Source: Candidatus Latescibacterota bacterium (GTDB lineage Bacteria > Latescibacterota > UBA2968 > UBA8231). From it: a DNA stretch of 64,000 nucleotides. A program made the position numbers and the translations under genes. This document shows positions 7,618 to 16,351 of this stretch, piece after piece; the stretch's first letter is position 1, and each line of letters starts with the position of its first letter. The DNA is taken from NCBI GenBank assembly GCA_965215195.1, contig CBDCDC010000002.1, positions 3,648,001 to 3,712,000 of the forward strand, read 5' to 3'. The notes under the pieces were generated by a model, which saw only the letters and a list, made by a program, of their open reading frames with translations, had not been told where the DNA came from and made no database searches.

Positions 7618-9320
7618 CCACCCTCGTCCACGTCACGCACGAAGCCGTGCAGCAAGCCGGTGGAATCGGCGCGGTCCTGTGCGGCCTGATTACGACCCGC
7701 AGCTACCAAAGCCATTGCCAGCGCACCATCCTGCTCGGCCCCCTAGCCGACCCACACAGTGCCCAACCGCTCGGCCCGGACGGCGAGGTCCTCTACGACG
7801 CCAGCCGCAGCATCCGCGCCGCGCAAGTCGCCGACCGGCTCAGCGCGGTCGAGCGGGAGTTTGGCGTGCGGCTGGTCTATGGCCGGCGCTTGTTGACCCA
7901 AGACGGACGCCGAGCCTCGCCGGAGGTGCTGCTGGTTGATGTGAGCCATCCCCCCCGGCGGCTAAACGAATTCAAGCGCAACCTATTCCTCCACTTTGGC
8001 CTCGAATCGCAGCGCTACGAACAGCATTGGGAATACGAGCAATACATGCGCTTGGCCGAGCCGGGTTTCGCGGCCGTGCGCTCCCTAATCGGGGCCGAGC
8101 CCTTCTTGCTGTTGGCGCATGAATTCATGGGGCTAGGTACTGCCTTCAAGGCCCTGCTGAGCGATGCGGCGTGCAAGACCCTGTTCTACGCGCACGAAGT
8201 GGCCACTGTGCGGCCCTTGGTGGAGGAGCGGCCCGGGCGCGACATTGCCTTTTACAATGCGCTGCGCCAAGCGCGAGCAAACGGCCAGTACATCGACGAG
8301 CTATTCGGCCCGCAAGACGGCTATTTCAAACACGCCCTCGTCAGCCAAGCCCATCGTCTCGACGCAGTCCTCGCGGTCGGCGATTGGGTGGTGGAGGAAT
8401 TGCGCTTTCTCGGGCCGGAATTCGCCGCTCGTCCCATCGACCTCGTGTATAACGGGGTGCCGGCCGTCGAGTTGTCCGCGGCCGAGCGGGAGGCGGCGCG
8501 GGAAAAAGTGCAGGCCAGCGGGGCCGCGCTCTTGGGTTGGACCCCGGATCTGGTCTTCACGCACGTGGCTCGCCTAGTGGAGAGCAAGGGCTTGTGGCGC
8601 GATTTGCTGGTGCTCGCACACCTCGATCGCCCCCTGTGGGAGCGAGGGCAACGGGGGCTTTTTATCGCATTGGCGACCGAGACCGGTCGCCGCGATCCCG
8701 AGGACGTCCAGCGCATGGCTGCGTACGGTTGGCCGCTGGTCCACCGCGAGGGAGGGAGCGACCTCAGCAGCGGCGAGCTAAAATTCGACCTTTTAGTCCG
8801 CGCCTTCAATGCGCGGACGCGCGCCGTCAAGGTGCTTTTCGTCAACCAATTCGGGTGGAACCAACAAAGCTGCGCGTTCCTGCCAGCCAATGCGGAATTT
8901 GCCGATTTGCGCCGAGGTAGCGACGCGGAGTTTGGGCAGTCGATTTACGAGCCCTTCGGCATCTCCCAAGTCGAGTGCTTGAGTGCTGGCACCATCAGCG
9001 TGGTCAGCGATGTGTGCGGTTGCCGCGGCTTTGTGCGCCAAGCAGCCGGCGCGGCGGGATTGGGCGGCTTTATCGAAGGGGCCTATACCCAGCTCGACGA
9101 GACCGGCCGCGCCGGTCAGCCGATTGGAGCGCGGGAGTGCGCCCGGGCCGAAGCATTGCAAAGTCAGGTGGTAGCCAGCGCCTTGGCCAGCGAGTTGTCC
9201 GCGGGTGCGCCCGGCCGCAAACGGCTGCTTGACGAAGGCTATGCAGCGGCCCAGAAGATGAGCTGGGAGCGCGTGGCCGGGGATATGCTGTTGCCCGTTT
9301 TGCGGCGGCTGGAGCAGTGA
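7614..9320 (+). CDS. GT3-like glycosyltransferase (glycogen synthase-like)
   Basis: HEAVQQAGGIG (cf. EVxNKVGGI), HEFM, HEVAT, YNG, ARL.ESKG, SIYEPFGISQVE; ATG at 7614 overlaps the TIR stop codon. Confidence 0.7.
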   Translation: MTTLVHVTHEAVQQAGGIGAVLCGLITTRSYQSHCQRTILLGPLADPHSAQPLGPDGEVLYDASRSIRAAQVADRLSAVEREFGVRLVYGRRLLTQDGRRASPEVLLVDVSHPPRRLNEFKRNLFLHFGLESQRYEQHWEYEQYMRLAEPGFAAVRSLIGAEPFLLLAHEFMGLGTAFKALLSDAACKTLFYAHEVATVRPLVEERPGRDIAFYNALRQARANGQYIDELFGPQDGYFKHALVSQAHRLDAVLAVGDWVVEELRFLGPEFAARPIDLVYNGVPAVELSAAEREAAREKVQASGAALLGWTPDLVFTHVARLVESKGLWRDLLVLAHLDRPLWERGQRGLFIALATETGRRDPEDVQRMAAYGWPLVHREGGSDLSSGELKFDLLVRAFNARTRAVKVLFVNQFGWNQQSCAFLPANAEFADLRRGSDAEFGQSIYEPFGISQVECLSAGTISVVSDVCGCRGFVRQAAGAAGLGGFIEGAYTQLDETGRAGQPIGARECARAEALQSQVVASALASELSAGAPGRKRLLDEGYAAAQKMSWERVAGDMLLPVLRRLEQ

Positions 9321-9321
9321 C

Positions 9322-10386
9322 ATGGCTGGGCTGGTGATTGCACTCGTCCTCGCGCTTGGCGGCTGTGTGCCCTTTATCGGCGGGCGCGAGCAAAGCCGTC
9401 AACTGGCGGCAGTGGCCCAAGACCTCGTGGGGATCGTCGAGGCCCGGGAGGGCGAGCTCGACTGGCTGGGCCTGCGCGACCCCGCTGGCGTGCAGACCGA
9501 GGAAACCAAGGTACTCAACGACTACTTGCTGTCTGCGCTGCTGAGGGCCGAGGTCGCGGTGGGGCTGGCAGACACGACCGGGAAGCGGTGGCGCAACGAG
9601 GAGTTGGTCGGCCTAAAGCAAGGGGGGCGCGCCGCGCTCGCGTTGGGCGGGCGGCTCGAAGCAGACGCCCCGTGGATGTACGTGCGGATGTTCTTAGTCG
9701 AGCGGGCCAGCGGCGAACTCGTGGCGGCTCGCACCGCTCGCATCTTGGAGCGCGACGTGCGCCACGAGCTCGCCTCGCGCCAGCTTGGAACCGGCGCGAG
9801 CGATGAGCCAATTGAAGTGGATTTGCACCTGATTGCCAAGCGCGAAGAAGGAGGCGTCGCCAGCGCTGTCGAGCTAGCCGAGGGCGTGCAATTGCAGCAA
9901 GGCGACCAGCTACAACTGCGCTTCAAGCTAAGCCGAGACGCCGAGGTCCACGCCTTTTTGTGCAGTTCTGATGGTGCGTTAGAGACCTTGTTTGACGAAC
10001 AATTCGTCTATTCAGACATCGTCCAATACGGCCCCGGCGAGAACAATTGGATCACCTTCAACGAGATTGATCAGGTCTATACCCTGTACTTCCTCGCCGG
10101 CCCGCAGCTATTGGCCGAAAACGCCGATCCTTTTTACGAGCAATTCGCCACCCTTGTCCACGAGGGGCAAATCGACCGCTTTCTCGGGCTAGAACAGCTC
10201 GATCAGGCATTAATCGAATTTCTCCAACGCCCCGAACCCATCGAGGTTTTGCGCGGCGACGAGGGCATTTCCCGCGGCCGGCCACAGACCTTCGCGTACG
10301 ACGACGGCAACACCCTGTCGAGCCAAGCGGAAATCCTCACCGGCACTCCGGTGCTGGTGCGCGCCCTGAGTTTTTCCGTGCAGTAG
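9322..10386 (+). CDS. Lipoprotein with a DUF4384-like domain
   Basis: Lipobox LALGGC; L.EG..LQ.GDQLQLRF.LSRDA.VH.F..SSDG....LF segment typical of DUF4384. Confidence 0.65.
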   Translation: MAGLVIALVLALGGCVPFIGGREQSRQLAAVAQDLVGIVEAREGELDWLGLRDPAGVQTEETKVLNDYLLSALLRAEVAVGLADTTGKRWRNEELVGLKQGGRAALALGGRLEADAPWMYVRMFLVERASGELVAARTARILERDVRHELASRQLGTGASDEPIEVDLHLIAKREEGGVASAVELAEGVQLQQGDQLQLRFKLSRDAEVHAFLCSSDGALETLFDEQFVYSDIVQYGPGENNWITFNEIDQVYTLYFLAGPQLLAENADPFYEQFATLVHEGQIDRFLGLEQLDQALIEFLQRPEPIEVLRGDEGISRGRPQTFAYDDGNTLSSQAEILTGTPVLVRALSFSVQ

Positions 10387-10437
10387 GGGTGACCGCCCGG
10401 TCGCCCGCCCGTAGGGGCGATTCGCGCATCGCCCTAC
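10383..10437. repeat. GTAG-type REP doublet between convergent genes
   Basis: GTAGGGGTGACCGCCCGGTCGCCC followed by GTAGGGGCGATTCGCGCATCGCCCTAC; both are palindromic. Confidence 0.75.
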
Positions 10438-11618
10438 AAGACAGCAGCCACCGCTCCGCAGAAGTAATCGAGATTGTCCTCGGTCAGGCCGGCGACGTTG
10501 ATGCGCCCCCCCGCTACGATGTAGATCGCGTACTGTTCCCGCAGCACTTCGACCTGCGCGGCGTTCAAGCCCGAGAACGAGAACATCCCCCGCTGCCGCC
10601 CGATAAACGAAAAGTCGCGCTCCACGCCCTGCTCGCCGAGCCGAGCGACGAGCCGTTGGCGTACGCGGTTGATCCGCTCGCGCATCTGCGCCAATTCGCC
10701 CTCCCATTGGCGGCGGAGCACTGCGTCGCCGAGGATTTCGCGGACCATGGCCGCGCCGTGGGCCGGGGGATTGGAATAACTGGTGCGCGCTGCGATTTTG
10801 AGGTGACTCAAGGCCCTTTCCGCGGCCTCGGCGTCCGCGGCGATCAAAGTCAGGGCGCCGACGCGCTCGTTGTACAGGCCGAAGTTTTTGGAAAAGGAAC
10901 TGGCCACGAGCAGTGCGCAGCCCGTGTCGCAGAGTGTCCGCAGGCCCGTCGCGTCCTCCTGCAACCCGTCGCCGAACCCCTGATAGGCAAAATCGACTAA
11001 GGGCAACAGGCCGCGCTCGGCCACGACCTCAGCAATCTGCCGCCAAGTGTCCGGGGTAGGGTCGCAGCCGGTGGGGTTGTGGCAACAGCCGTGCAGCAGC
11101 ACCACATGGCCGGCGGGGATCTGCCCGAGCGCAGAGAGCAAGGCGTCGGCGTCAAGCCTGTTGGCGCGGGCGTCGAAGTAGGGATAGGTCTCGACCTGTA
11201 GGCCGGCCGCGACAAAGATCTTGGGGTGATTGGCCCAAGTCGGCTCGCTTATCCACACGGGCTGGTCGCCTAGGTGCTGGGCGAGGAAATCGCCGGCTAG
11301 GCGCAAGGCACCGGTGCCGCCGGGGCTTTGCACGGTGACGGCGCGCTCGGCCGCCTCGTGCCCGACGCCCAACATGAGCTCCCGCACGGCAGCACCGTAT
11401 TCCGAGCTGCCCTCAATGCTCAAATAGCTCTTGGTCTTTTCCGCGGCCAAGACGCGCTCTTGCGCCGTTTGCACCGCAGCCAAAACCGGCGTCTGGCCGC
11501 TCGCGTCCTGATAAACGCCGACGCTGAGGTTGATTTTGTTGGGATTCGCGTCGCTCTTGAACGCCGCGCTCAGCCCCATGATGGGGTCGGCCGGTGCCAT
11601 CGTTAGCTGTCTGAACAT
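10434..11618 (-). CDS. aspC: Aspartate/aromatic amino acid aminotransferase
   Basis: NLSVGVY, QSPGGTGALR, PTWANH, LHGCCHNPTG, DFAYQGF, SFSKNFGLYNERVG, GRIN. Confidence 0.92.
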   Translation of the reverse strand: MFRQLTMAPADPIMGLSAAFKSDANPNKINLSVGVYQDASGQTPVLAAVQTAQERVLAAEKTKSYLSIEGSSEYGAAVRELMLGVGHEAAERAVTVQSPGGTGALRLAGDFLAQHLGDQPVWISEPTWANHPKIFVAAGLQVETYPYFDARANRLDADALLSALGQIPAGHVVLLHGCCHNPTGCDPTPDTWRQIAEVVAERGLLPLVDFAYQGFGDGLQEDATGLRTLCDTGCALLVASSFSKNFGLYNERVGALTLIAADAEAAERALSHLKIAARTSYSNPPAHGAAMVREILGDAVLRRQWEGELAQMRERINRVRQRLVARLGEQGVERDFSFIGRQRGMFSFSGLNAAQVEVLREQYAIYIVAGGRINVAGLTEDNLDYFCGAVAAVL

Positions 11619-11624
11619 GCGTTG

Positions 11625-12374
11625 CTACCAGCCGGCTTTTAGGCTTCCCCAACTGATGGGGGCCACGGCCGTGGGACCGGGAACGCGGATGAGCTCGAAG
11701 GTGGCGACAGAGCCGTCTGTATCTGGGAAAGAGACGACGAGATTGCCGCTGTCGCTTGATAAAGTAGCGGCGATAGTCCATCCCCGTTCAGGCGTACCGC
11801 CGAAGATGGAAGTAATCCTTTCCACTAAATCGTCGGCGAGCTCGTCTGATCCGAGGACCTCAGCAAAGAAATTGATAAAGAACTCAACGGCCTCAGTATC
11901 ACCCAAGTACAGGGCAGCTTCGTCAAGAGCCATCCGCAAACTGTCACCCTCACTACTGTAGGTACCCATAAAGGCAAAAGTCATCGAATCCGCATGTAGC
12001 CTTGCAAGTCCATCATCAACTCGCTGACGCCAAGTGCTTAGCTGGTCGTTAGGCACCGAATCTACTGCGGTGGCGATTTCTACTAAACGCACTAAATTGG
12101 CCTCGTCGGCTCCGCCGCCGAAGAGCACTTCCGACCAAGCGACATCGTCGAAGCGCATCTTAATGTCAAGTTGGCAGGAGCTGTCTTCTGCAAAGGTGGC
12201 TCGGAGAGAAATTTCGCCCTCTAGCATTTCGCGATGGAGGGTGCCGTCTTCTTCGACGAACCCGAACTCAACTCCTTCTTCAATAGCTTTCCAAGTACCC
12301 AGCAGGGCTTCTTGACCAGCGGCGGGCAAGGCCCACAGGACTAGGGCGTAAAAAAGAGAAAGGCTGCGTTGCAT
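11625..12374 (-). CDS. Secreted protein with C-terminal PTAVAPISWGSLKAGW tail
   Basis: Signal peptide MQRSLSLFYALVLWALPAAG, AGGAGG RBS; acidic mature part of unknown function. Confidence 0.8.
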   Translation of the reverse strand: MQRSLSLFYALVLWALPAAGQEALLGTWKAIEEGVEFGFVEEDGTLHREMLEGEISLRATFAEDSSCQLDIKMRFDDVAWSEVLFGGGADEANLVRLVEIATAVDSVPNDQLSTWRQRVDDGLARLHADSMTFAFMGTYSSEGDSLRMALDEAALYLGDTEAVEFFINFFAEVLGSDELADDLVERITSIFGGTPERGWTIAATLSSDSGNLVVSFPDTDGSVATFELIRVPGPTAVAPISWGSLKAGW

Positions 12375-12407
12375 AATAGTTTCCCTCCTGATGAGGTAAG
12401 AGATGGG

Positions 12408-12531
12408 CTAAGTACACGACAGTGGGGCCTTAACCTCGGATCGAGGGCATCTTGCCCTCGTCGAGGGCGGGACGCCCGCGATCCCGGACTCATCGCCCAT
12501 CAACGACAAGTTATTGGTGTCGTGTAGTTAG
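12408..12531. mobile_element. MITE-like element, copy 2 (124 bp)
   Basis: TIRs CTAAGTACACGAC / GTCGTGTAGTTAG (12 of 13 match); internal GAGGGCATCTTGCCCTC and GGGCGGGACGCCC palindromes. Confidence 0.8.
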
Positions 12532-12548
12532 GGCGCGTACCATCAGTT
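12532..12548. repeat. Left 17-bp inverted repeat flanking fbp (GGCGCGTACCATCAGTT)
   Basis: Exact reverse complement of 13711-13727. Confidence 0.9.
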
Positions 12549-12642
12549 AGGTAGCATTGAAGACCGGCTGATTTGTTGGTCGCCGTTTATGGCGGCCAAT
12601 TTTTACGCTCTCGGCTTGCGCTTTTTTTTCGGCATCGCCTGC

Positions 12643-13632
12643 TCACGCCCGCTCGCCGCGTAAGAATTCCTCCAGCGTGGCTACGTCGTCTCGGCTGCCG
12701 ATGAACAGGGGCGTCCGTTGGTGTAGATCGATCGCCTGCAAGTCCATGATGGGCTGGGTTCCGTCGGAAGCGGCACCGCCGGCTTGTTCGACGACAAAGG
12801 CCAAGGGCGCGGCTTCGTACAAGAGCCGCAGCTTGCCGCTGGGCGACGTGATGTCGCCGGGGTAGAGGAAGATGCCGCCCTTGAGCAGGTTGCGGTGGCA
12901 GTCGGCCACCAGCGAGCCAATGTAGCGCGCCGAGTAGGATCGCCAGCCTTCTTTGAGTTGATGGATGTAGCGGCACACCGGCGCGGCCCATTTGAGATAG
13001 TTGCCCTCGTTGACGCTGTAGTACTGGCCGCGCTCCGGGATCTGGATGTGCTCGTGCGAGAGCAGGAATTCGCCGAGACTTGGGTCGAGGGTGAAGCCGT
13101 GGGTGCCGCTGCCAGTGGTATAGACCAGCATGGTGCTGGAGCCGTAGATGATGTAGCCGGCGCAGACTTGCTCACGGCCGCAGCGGAGAAAGTCTGCGAG
13201 GGTAACACCGTCGGTGCTTTTCTTGCGGTAGATGGAGAAGATGGTGCCGATGGAGACGTTCACGTCTATATTGGACGAGCCGTCAACCGGATCGAAGACG
13301 AGGATGTAGTTACCGCGCGGGTGTTTTTCCGGGATGGGGTAAATGTCGTCCATCTCTTCGGAAGCCATGCCGGCCAGCCGCCCGGTGTGGTCGGTGGTGC
13401 GGACGATGAGCGCATTGGCGAACTCGTCGAGTTTTTGCACCTCTTCGCCGTGGACGTTGGTGCGGCCGGTGATGCCCATTACCTCGGCTAGGCCGGCCTT
13501 GTTGACTTCGCGGGCGATGATTTTGGCGGCGATGCTCAGGTCGGTGAGCAAGCCGGTGAATTCGCCGGTGGCCTCGGGGTGCTGCCGCTCTTCTTCAATG
13601 ATGAAGCGAGTGAGGGTAGTGCCGATTTGCAT
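12643..13632 (-). CDS. fbp: Class 1 fructose-1,6-bisphosphatase
   Basis: GEEVQKLD, SEE, FDPVDGSSNID.NVSIGTIFSI, RYIGSLVAD.HRNLLKGGIFLYP, GKLRLLYEA; start placed at MQIGTT. Confidence 0.96.
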   Translation of the reverse strand: MQIGTTLTRFIIEEERQHPEATGEFTGLLTDLSIAAKIIAREVNKAGLAEVMGITGRTNVHGEEVQKLDEFANALIVRTTDHTGRLAGMASEEMDDIYPIPEKHPRGNYILVFDPVDGSSNIDVNVSIGTIFSIYRKKSTDGVTLADFLRCGREQVCAGYIIYGSSTMLVYTTGSGTHGFTLDPSLGEFLLSHEHIQIPERGQYYSVNEGNYLKWAAPVCRYIHQLKEGWRSYSARYIGSLVADCHRNLLKGGIFLYPGDITSPSGKLRLLYEAAPLAFVVEQAGGAASDGTQPIMDLQAIDLHQRTPLFIGSRDDVATLEEFLRGERA

Positions 13633-13710
13633 GAGGGACCTTGCATCAATTGATGTTTGACACGGGATGAGATAAAACAATACAATCCCGTCTATCCTGT
13701 CCATGTTAGG

Positions 13711-13727
13711 AACTGATGGTACGCGCC
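13711..13727. repeat. Right 17-bp inverted repeat flanking fbp (AACTGATGGTACGCGCC)
   Basis: Exact reverse complement of 12532-12548. Confidence 0.9.
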
Positions 13728-13746
13728 TTAAGGTTGTTTGGTCTAG

Positions 13747-14571
13747 TCAGTTAGTTACAAAAAACAGCCGCATGGCTGTCCCCCCCAATACCTGCTTCTG
13801 CTCGGCCGCGCTCAGCCCCAATTCCTCGGTGAACACTGCCAAGTGCTGGGCATAAGTCGATTTTTTTAACCAGTGCTCGCACGGGAAATCCGATCCCCAA
13901 ATACAGCGCTCGGGACCAAAGGCGGCGAGCAGGTGGCGCAGTTGCGGGTGCGTATCGGCGAAGGGGTACTCCTGCTGCGAGCTGGTCACCGCAAAAGTGA
14001 GCTTGGCGTAGAGCTGGTCAAAGCGCGCCAAATCCACTGCTTGGCGCACGGCCGCGTCCTCGATCCCGTTGGCCGCCACCGGATAGGCGCAGTGGTCCAG
14101 CACCACCGGGACGTGGGGGAATCGCTCTAACAAGGTCGCCAACTCGCCGAGTTGTTCCTGGCGCAAATGGGCGCAGATTACCGCGCCGACTTCGCCGGCC
14201 CGACGCCAGAGCCGCTCCGCTCCGGGCTGGTCGTACCCCGCAGGTGCGGATTCGACGCGGACCCCCTTGACGTTGTATCCGGTCACCAGCCGCTCCAGCT
14301 CGGCCGGGCTATCGTCTCCTGCTGGATCCAACGTGCAGACTCCGACCGTCCAGTCGGCATTGGCCCGGGCTGTATCGGCCAACAACCGATTGTCCCAGCG
14401 ATAGGCCGACCCGGTCTGGATCAGCACCACGCGCCCGACGCCATTGGCCTCGGCTTCGCGCCGCAAGTGTTCGATGGTCCCCACGCCTCGCTGCGGGCGA
14501 AAGGGGTCCTCTTGCATGGGGTATTGCGTCTCATCTGCGTGGTAAATATGTGCGTGCGTATCGACGATCAT
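13747..14571 (-). CDS. Amidohydrolase family 2 protein
   Basis: IVDTHAH, VVLDH, WGSDFP, GGTA..LF. Confidence 0.88.
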   Translation of the reverse strand: MIVDTHAHIYHADETQYPMQEDPFRPQRGVGTIEHLRREAEANGVGRVVLIQTGSAYRWDNRLLADTARANADWTVGVCTLDPAGDDSPAELERLVTGYNVKGVRVESAPAGYDQPGAERLWRRAGEVGAVICAHLRQEQLGELATLLERFPHVPVVLDHCAYPVAANGIEDAAVRQAVDLARFDQLYAKLTFAVTSSQQEYPFADTHPQLRHLLAAFGPERCIWGSDFPCEHWLKKSTYAQHLAVFTEELGLSAAEQKQVLGGTAMRLFFVTN

Positions 14572-14668
14572 GGCCAGCTCCTTTCCATTGTCCTATGCAG
14601 CGGTGGAACATAAAGAAGAAATGGACAGTTCAAAACTTGCCCGAATCCATTCACTAGGTACACTTATG

Positions 14669-14744
14669 GTTAGTGGTCAGTAGCCAGTTCTACCCCCGCC
14701 CCATAAGTGCGGTGCGGGAAACTGACCACTAACTACTGATCACT
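14669..14744. repeat. Palindromic element with heptamer-periodic arms
   Basis: GTTAGTGGTCAGT (14669-14681) is a perfect IR of ACTGACCACTAAC (14721-14733); the arm continues as TACTGATCACT. Confidence 0.7.
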
Positions 14745-14765
14745 TGCCACTATCCTACATAATCC

Positions 14766-15677
14766 ATGCGTCTATACCTCAAGCGGGCCTTGATCGCCTT
14801 GCTGCTTTTGGCACCGGTGTTGTACGGTGCCTTCGCCCTGACATCGCATCCTTTAGCGCCGCATCCCTACTTTGCCTCAGGAGATGTCTTGGTCATCGCC
14901 CACCGGGGCGGCAAGGGGCTGGCACCGGAAAACACGCTGGCGGCCTTTGCCCGCTCGGCCGCATTGGGGGTTGATGTGCTAGAAATGGACTTGCGCCAAA
15001 GCAGCGACGGCGCACTCGTCGTCCTGCACGACCGGCGCGTGGACCGCACGACCAACGGCCAAGGCCCGGTCGATAGCTTGCGCCTAGCCCAATTGAAACA
15101 GCTAGACGCCGGCTACCACTTCAGCTTAGACGGCCAAACCTTTCCCTATCGCGGCCAAGGGATTGCAATCCCCACCCTAGACGAGGTATTTACGGCCTTT
15201 CCCAACATGCGCTTTCTCATCGAAATCAAAGACGACTCCCCGGTGCTAGTACGCGACTTCTGCCGCGCGATCCAGCGCTTCGAGCTAAGCGAGCGCGTCA
15301 TCGCCGCCTCGTTCCGCAGCGGTCCCTTAGCCAGCTTGCGCCAAGCGTGCCCGGCCGTGGCGACTTCGGCTTCTTCATCCACAGGACTGTCCTTTGTCTT
15401 TCTCCACTGGCTGCGGCTCGACGCGGCTTACCACCCCACTAGCCAAGCCTTTCAGTTCCCGACCCGCTTCGGCGCGATCGACCTGATAGACCGGCGCTTC
15501 GTCGCCCGCGCCCACGCCCACAACATCCAAGTTCACGTCTGGACCATCAACGATCCCGACGCCATGCAGCACTACCTAGATCTAGGCGTCGATGGCCTAA
15601 TTACCGACTATCCCGACCGCCTGCTACGCATCCTGAACCGCCAACCCGCAGAGGAGGCACCATGGGCGACCCAGTAG
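14766..15677 (+). CDS. Glycerophosphodiester phosphodiesterase
   Basis: IAHRGG..LAPENT, EMD, HD..VDRTTNG, IEIK, WTIN, GVDGLITDYP. Confidence 0.93.
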   Translation: MRLYLKRALIALLLLAPVLYGAFALTSHPLAPHPYFASGDVLVIAHRGGKGLAPENTLAAFARSAALGVDVLEMDLRQSSDGALVVLHDRRVDRTTNGQGPVDSLRLAQLKQLDAGYHFSLDGQTFPYRGQGIAIPTLDEVFTAFPNMRFLIEIKDDSPVLVRDFCRAIQRFELSERVIAASFRSGPLASLRQACPAVATSASSSTGLSFVFLHWLRLDAAYHPTSQAFQFPTRFGAIDLIDRRFVARAHAHNIQVHVWTINDPDAMQHYLDLGVDGLITDYPDRLLRILNRQPAEEAPWATQ

Positions 15678-16351
15678 CCCTGAACGTACAGCACCTTACC
15701 AAAACCTACGTCAGCGGGGCAAACGCCCTGACGGTCCTCGACGATGTGAGCTTTGCCCTAGCGGCCGGTGCCACTTGCGCGGTCGTCGGCCCTTCGGGCA
15801 GCGGCAAAACTACGCTGCTCGGATTGTGCGCCGGACTGGATCGCGCCAGCTCGGGCTCAGTCGCGCTCAACGGCGTGGATTTGGGCGATCTCGACGAAGA
15901 TCAGCGCGCCCACCTCCGCAGCGAAAAGGTCGGCTTCGTCTTCCAAAACTTCCAGCTCATCCCCACTCTCAGCGCCCTCGAAAACGCCATGGTGCCGCTC
16001 GAATTGCGCCGCGAGCCCAACGCTCGCGAGCGCGCCGCCGACCTCCTCGACCGGGTCGGCTTGGGCGACCGGCTGCACCACTACCCAGCGCAGCTTTCCG
16101 GGGGCGAGCAGCAGCGCGTGGCCCTTGCGCGGGCCTTTACCAACCGCCCCGCCCTCCTCTTTGCCGATGAGCCTACCGGCAACCTCGACGACGGCACCAG
16201 CGGCAAAGTGCGGGACCTGCTCTTCAGCCTCAACGAAGAATCCGGTGCCACCCTAATTTTGGTCACCCACGATCTAGCGCTGGCCCGCCTCACCCAGCGC
16301 ATCATCCGCCTCCAAGGCGGCCGGGTGGCCGACGATCAGCTAATCCCATGA
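15662..16351 (+). CDS. ABC transporter ATP-binding protein (YbbA/LolD-like)
   Basis: GPSGSGKT, LSGGEQQRVA, ADEPTGNLD, VTHD. Confidence 0.95.
   Translation: MGDPVALNVQHLTKTYVSGANALTVLDDVSFALAAGATCAVVGPSGSGKTTLLGLCAGLDRASSGSVALNGVDLGDLDEDQRAHLRSEKVGFVFQNFQLIPTLSALENAMVPLELRREPNARERAADLLDRVGLGDRLHHYPAQLSGGEQQRVALARAFTNRPALLFADEPTGNLDDGTSGKVRDLLFSLNEESGATLILVTHDLALARLTQRIIRLQGGRVADDQLIP

Noticed and set aside
6452-12531. The two MITE copies as a composite transposon or CRISPR-like repeats
   Set aside because: There is no regular repeat-spacer pattern, no shared target duplication at the outer ends, and the enclosed genes include ordinary metabolic genes.
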